From: an uncultured virus (IMG/VR IMGVR_UViG_3300018475_001996)
Taxonomy: Duplodnaviria; Heunggongvirae; Uroviricota; Caudoviricetes
Virus record (IMG/VR): IMGVR_UViG_3300018475_001996
Coordinates: 62,001-126,000 of that record
Length of the DNA: 64,000 nucleotides
Direction: 5' to 3' (one strand)
Shown: piece after piece, positions 60,328-64,000 of the stretch
Layout: the number at the start of each line of letters is the position of its first letter
Position numbering within the stretch: the stretch's first letter is position 1
Notes under the pieces: generated by a model
Told to the model about the DNA's origin: nothing
The model's database searches: none
What the model saw: only the letters and a program-made list of their open reading frames with translations
Program-made: the position numbers and the translations under genes

Positions 60328-61272
60328 TTATACGCACTGGAACATCTGGATCAGACAGGCCAGGATATGGATTTCCGGGTCATTTGAAATCGAGGCTCTG
60401 GCATCGTATTCGGATAACTGGAGATAGGCATCGCCGCGTTTCTTCATCTTCGGGATGACATCTGTCTTGATGAAACCGAATACGTCGGTATAGCTGAGGC
60501 AATGTTCGTTGATATAGTTCATGGAATCTGTTAATTTCTTTTCGAGAATCATCTTGGCGAGCACGTCACCGATGTTCACGTAATCCATTAAGCCCATGTC
60601 GATACGGCCCTTCATCATGGAATAGCACTGGAGTCTGGCCAGGATAGTTCTGATTGACGGGAACTTTTTTTCTATTAAGCTCTTTACGGCTTCTTCCTCG
60701 AACGGGATTTGAAGATACTTAAGAATTCCGAAGATTCTCTTTTGAACTTGCGGAATGAGTTCTGCCCTATATTCCGGTTTTTGCATATCGAACTTTAAAG
60801 TCATGGTTCGACCGCCTTCGTCGTCACGGATGGCCGGGATGATCTTATTGGCGTAGTTACAGGTAAGAATGAAACGGCAGTTATCGGAGAGGTCGTCGAG
60901 AATTTCTCTTAAGGCTTTTTGTGCTTCGGGAGTAAGACCGTCAGCCTCGTCCAGGAGAACGAGTTTAGGAGTATCGTTGAAACTCATGGTCTTGGCGAAC
61001 TCTTCGACTGTATTACGGATTGTATTAATGCCGTTTGAATTCGAAGCATTGAGTTTCATGAACTGTGCGCCGAGGTCATTGGCGAGCGCCTGTGCTACGG
61101 TAGTTTTACCAGTACCGCCTTTACGGGATTCGAGAAGGATATTGACGCCTGCGTTGTCCGCGACGATCTTATTGAAGAAATTCCGATAATCTTGTGGAAG
61201 GATAACGTCTTTTAATGTTTTAGGTCTGAAACGATGTTCCCAGATGTATTGATTAGTAGTAGAATCACTCAT
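60328..61272 (-). CDS. clamp loader AAA+ subunit (T4 gp44 / RFC-like)
   Basis: WEHRFRPKTL, GGTGKTT, LNAS, LLDEADGL, AQKALR, CRFILTCNY. Confidence 0.93.
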   Translation of the reverse strand: MSDSTTNQYIWEHRFRPKTLKDVILPQDYRNFFNKIVADNAGVNILLESRKGGTGKTTVAQALANDLGAQFMKLNASNSNGINTIRNTVEEFAKTMSFNDTPKLVLLDEADGLTPEAQKALREILDDLSDNCRFILTCNYANKIIPAIRDDEGGRTMTLKFDMQKPEYRAELIPQVQKRIFGILKYLQIPFEEEAVKSLIEKKFPSIRTILARLQCYSMMKGRIDMGLMDYVNIGDVLAKMILEKKLTDSMNYINEHCLSYTDVFGFIKTDVIPKMKKRGDAYLQLSEYDARASISNDPEIHILACLIQMFQCV

Positions 61273-61402
61273 TGTATTTGTACCTTTAGATAGTTTTACA
61301 GGATAAAGATAGAAAAAATCTATTAAGATAAAAAAGAAAGAGGGAAAATCATTCAGATTTTCCCTAGAAAGATGCACTGTATCAAAGGAGGTAAGAAATT
61401 AT

Positions 61403-61696
61403 TTAGTGCTTCTTTGCTCTGCGTTCGGCTCTGTTCCTTGGGCGTAATTGTACGTCACCAACCTCTCTATCGGGCTTAGGGAACAGGCACGGGCACGGAA
61501 CCGGTTCACCGGAATCAGCGTGCCTACCGAGGTAACCCCTGCCATGACACTTTTTGCAGTTAGGCTTGGGGTCATTTAATAGAATGCCCATTGCTTCTGC
61601 GGCTCTGCGGATAACCTTCATCGCATTAACGTTATGAAGATCTTCTTCCGGGGCTCGCTTATCAGGAGGTACAAGAGACTGATAATCAATAGACAT
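61403..61696 (-). CDS. small Zn-ribbon protein
   Basis: CKKCHGRG...PCPC. Confidence 0.7.
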   Translation of the reverse strand: MSIDYQSLVPPDKRAPEEDLHNVNAMKVIRRAAEAMGILLNDPKPNCKKCHGRGYLGRHADSGEPVPCPCLFPKPDREVGDVQLRPRNRAERRAKKH

Positions 61697-62433
61697 TACT
61701 TTTTCCTCGACCAGTAGATGTTAAGTTTAATATCGTCTTCGCGGAGCTGCTCGAACTTCATGAGACCACGCTTGGCCACTGTGATGTTGTAAGCTGCAGA
61801 CGGAAGAGTGTTAATACCACGAATAGGAACCATGAAATCAAACGGGATTTCAACATCGTTCTTAAGGTCATACTGTGCACTGTAGGTATCGCCGCTGAAC
61901 ATACTTGTCAGGTTGGCCGTGCAGGTCTTACCTTCGAAATGGAACTGGATGGTATCTGCCTTGATGAGGGAAACCATCGAGCTGAGATCGTTTACGTCTG
62001 ATTCGGAGAAATAGAGTTCTGCATCGGCTGCCGGCATGTTAATCTGGTTGAACTGCGGCTTGGAGAGAACTTCAGGCATACCGAGCTTGTTGACGAAATG
62101 GCGGGCATCGATACTGGAAGCGATGTTCAAGATATAGGGCTCGCCGGATTCATTAACGTCGATACTGAGCTTTGGCGTATTTGAGACAGCAGGATCCTTG
62201 GACGGTTTATCGAAAATATCAAAATACTTCTTGAAAGTAGAGAAGTTGAAGAAACCAATCTTTTCACCCGGGAAATCGAAATACGAGAGCGGAGCCGTGA
62301 GGGTGAAGCAGACATTGAGCTTGTCATCGTTGGCACGCATCTTGAATACTTCACCATCCTTTTCCATAACCAGCTGTTGCTGAATATTTGAAAGCTGGGA
62401 AATCAAGTTAATAAGGTTTTTATTATAATTCAT
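61696..62433 (-). CDS. sliding clamp (T4 gp45-like)
   Basis: 245 aa; LSNIQQQL, FPGEKIGFFNFSTF, LPSAAYNITVAKRGLMKF; upstream of the clamp loader. Confidence 0.78.
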   Translation of the reverse strand: MNYNKNLINLISQLSNIQQQLVMEKDGEVFKMRANDDKLNVCFTLTAPLSYFDFPGEKIGFFNFSTFKKYFDIFDKPSKDPAVSNTPKLSIDVNESGEPYILNIASSIDARHFVNKLGMPEVLSKPQFNQINMPAADAELYFSESDVNDLSSMVSLIKADTIQFHFEGKTCTANLTSMFSGDTYSAQYDLKNDVEIPFDFMVPIRGINTLPSAAYNITVAKRGLMKFEQLREDDIKLNIYWSRKK

Positions 62434-62478
62434 GTAAACTTTTCCTTAACGTTTGCATAAAATATAGTAAAAATTCTA

Positions 62479-63264
62479 TTAAGCTTTTTTCCTGTTGTCA
62501 AAATATTCCAGGAATTTCTTGGAGTAATCCTGACAGAGATAGATTTCCGATTTAGAAGTTTCCTTATTCGGAATCTGTACGAGCATCATCTCGCCAATCT
62601 TGATAGACGGACAATGTTTTTCCAGGATCGCCTTATACATTGACAGCTGCATACTATAATGTACACAGTTACAGTCATCTTCGGTTTCGAACGGAGCTTT
62701 CATCTTCTGGAATCTATTACTATGTTCGAACTTCTTGGATGTCTTCCAGTCAAGAATAGAATAACAGTTCTTCACGGTATTATAGCATAGGAAGTCGATA
62801 GTACCAACCAGACCCCAATCGCGGTCATACACGATGAATTCGTTTTTCAACGGAATATAACGTTCCTTGAGTGTACTGATCAGAGCCTTTGCTTTCTTCT
62901 TTCGCCAGGCGAAGTCTTCAGGCATGCCTTCATACTGTTCAAGGAGATGCTGGTCAGGATAGAATTCCTTGTTCTGCCATTCGTATTCGGCTACGCTATG
63001 AACAGCAGTACCTAGAGTACATGCGTAACTGCCAGCAGCATCCCATTCGGCACGGATGTCCTTTACGTCCTTACCGAAGTATTTTCCGCCGGCCTTCTTA
63101 CTTGCACGTTCGGCGATCATGTCCCAATCCTTATCCGGTTCGAAGTTCTTGATAAAGGTCGTAACCGAAGTGAACTTGGTACCGTATGAGTCAGTATACT
63201 TGTGGCCTACTTCTTCGAAATGAATATCATTAAATGCAGTCCATAATTCTTTAAAGAGTTCCAT
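62479..63264 (-). CDS. PD-(D/E)xK exonuclease (PDDEXK_1/Cas4-like)
   Basis: HKY...SVTTFI, GTAVHS, GTIDFL, ILDWKTS, YSMQLSMY. Confidence 0.85.
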   Translation of the reverse strand: MELFKELWTAFNDIHFEEVGHKYTDSYGTKFTSVTTFIKNFEPDKDWDMIAERASKKAGGKYFGKDVKDIRAEWDAAGSYACTLGTAVHSVAEYEWQNKEFYPDQHLLEQYEGMPEDFAWRKKKAKALISTLKERYIPLKNEFIVYDRDWGLVGTIDFLCYNTVKNCYSILDWKTSKKFEHSNRFQKMKAPFETEDDCNCVHYSMQLSMYKAILEKHCPSIKIGEMMLVQIPNKETSKSEIYLCQDYSKKFLEYFDNRKKA

Positions 63265-63271
63265 ATATTAC

Positions 63272-63979
63272 CTATTTTAAATTCATCCATTCTCTTTCGA
63301 GGCGATCCAGCTGATGATTGTAAGACGAGTCCGCCCATGTCGGCATAATCTGTTTGAAATCGGAATAGGTGCCGCCGATATGTTTCCACCAGCAGGCGAG
63401 CGCGAATATTTGGTTATGCCTTGTTCCTTCGGGAGCTGATTCAATTGTTTTCTCTACGTATTCTTTAGCCTTGGTAAGATCGCCTGTCTTATTACGCTTA
63501 CGAGACTTCATGTACGATGCTTCAAGATCTCTTAAGTAATTCTGTTGACGCCATTCGCATTCGTTGTAAGCCTGTTCAAAGAATTCGATTTCCTCGAAAG
63601 GATTAAACTTCTTTCCGTTGTTAATCTTATAATAATACGGCGAGCCTTTAGACTTGACCGCCGGGCACTTGAAGAACTGTGCTCTGACGAAAGATGCCGG
63701 GTCAACATGGTCGAAGAAATCAATTAAGTAGAAATACGGGCTCCACTGTTTCTGTGATCCCTTGAAGAAAAATCTATTAATCTCGTATTCCTTGTCCAAG
63801 AACAGAAGGACACGGAACTTCTGATTCACACCGTCATAAGAATAACTGGTGTGCAGAATGTACCTGTAGTCCCTGAATCTGTTTTGGAATTGTTCGATTG
63901 TATACTCTGTAGAGTCATAGTCCAACATGAGAATATCGGTAGAACCCATATTCTCTGTGCAACGTTTCTCTCCTTTCAT
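63272..63979 (-). CDS. primase-polymerase (AEP)-like protein with PriCT-like C-terminus; may extend past the window
   Basis: LMLDYD, ILHTSYSY, KFRVLL, APEGTRHNQIFALA. Confidence 0.7.
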   Translation of the reverse strand: MKGEKRCTENMGSTDILMLDYDSTEYTIEQFQNRFRDYRYILHTSYSYDGVNQKFRVLLFLDKEYEINRFFFKGSQKQWSPYFYLIDFFDHVDPASFVRAQFFKCPAVKSKGSPYYYKINNGKKFNPFEEIEFFEQAYNECEWRQQNYLRDLEASYMKSRKRNKTGDLTKAKEYVEKTIESAPEGTRHNQIFALACWWKHIGGTYSDFKQIMPTWADSSYNHQLDRLEREWMNLK

Positions 63980-64000
63980 CGAACAGAACTTCCACTGTGG

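Noticed and set aside
1..64000. Stop-codon reassignment
   Set aside because: TAA, TAG and TGA all end genes at tight junctions and conserved enzymes are intact in the standard code; only one in-frame stop was found (8533).

Overview
This window is part of a large T4-like (myovirus-type) phage genome in the standard genetic code, with most genes on the minus strand. Core T4-like genes: sliding clamp (gp45), clamp loader (gp44/gp62), RNase H, UvsY, gp2-like end protector, gp3-like tail terminator, DHFR, dCMP deaminase and dimeric dUTPase. There are about 14 TATAAATA late promoters and many TTGAC/TTTAC-N17-TATATT early promoters, often apparently leaderless. Accessory genes: NMNAT-Nudix, minimal NAD+ ligase, patatin, flotillin, LemA, M16 and SprT proteases, an OFA-family MFS transporter, two ART-like proteins, a split adenine methyltransferase and several nucleases. 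The main unexplained structures are: (1) about 40 small divergent proteins, 28 of them at 46.6-57.5 kb, ending in the same amphipathic C-terminal helix; (2) two unrelated nuclease genes, each preceded by paired hairpins with complementary 7-nt (kissing) loops; (3) a portable EAxxxLxxxGY module plus (I/L)xE leaders in late proteins; (4) a 30/42-bp iteron array at a G/C strand-asymmetry switch (probable origin); (5) a structured non-coding region near 25 kb. All family calls come from motif recognition by eye; no searches were run.
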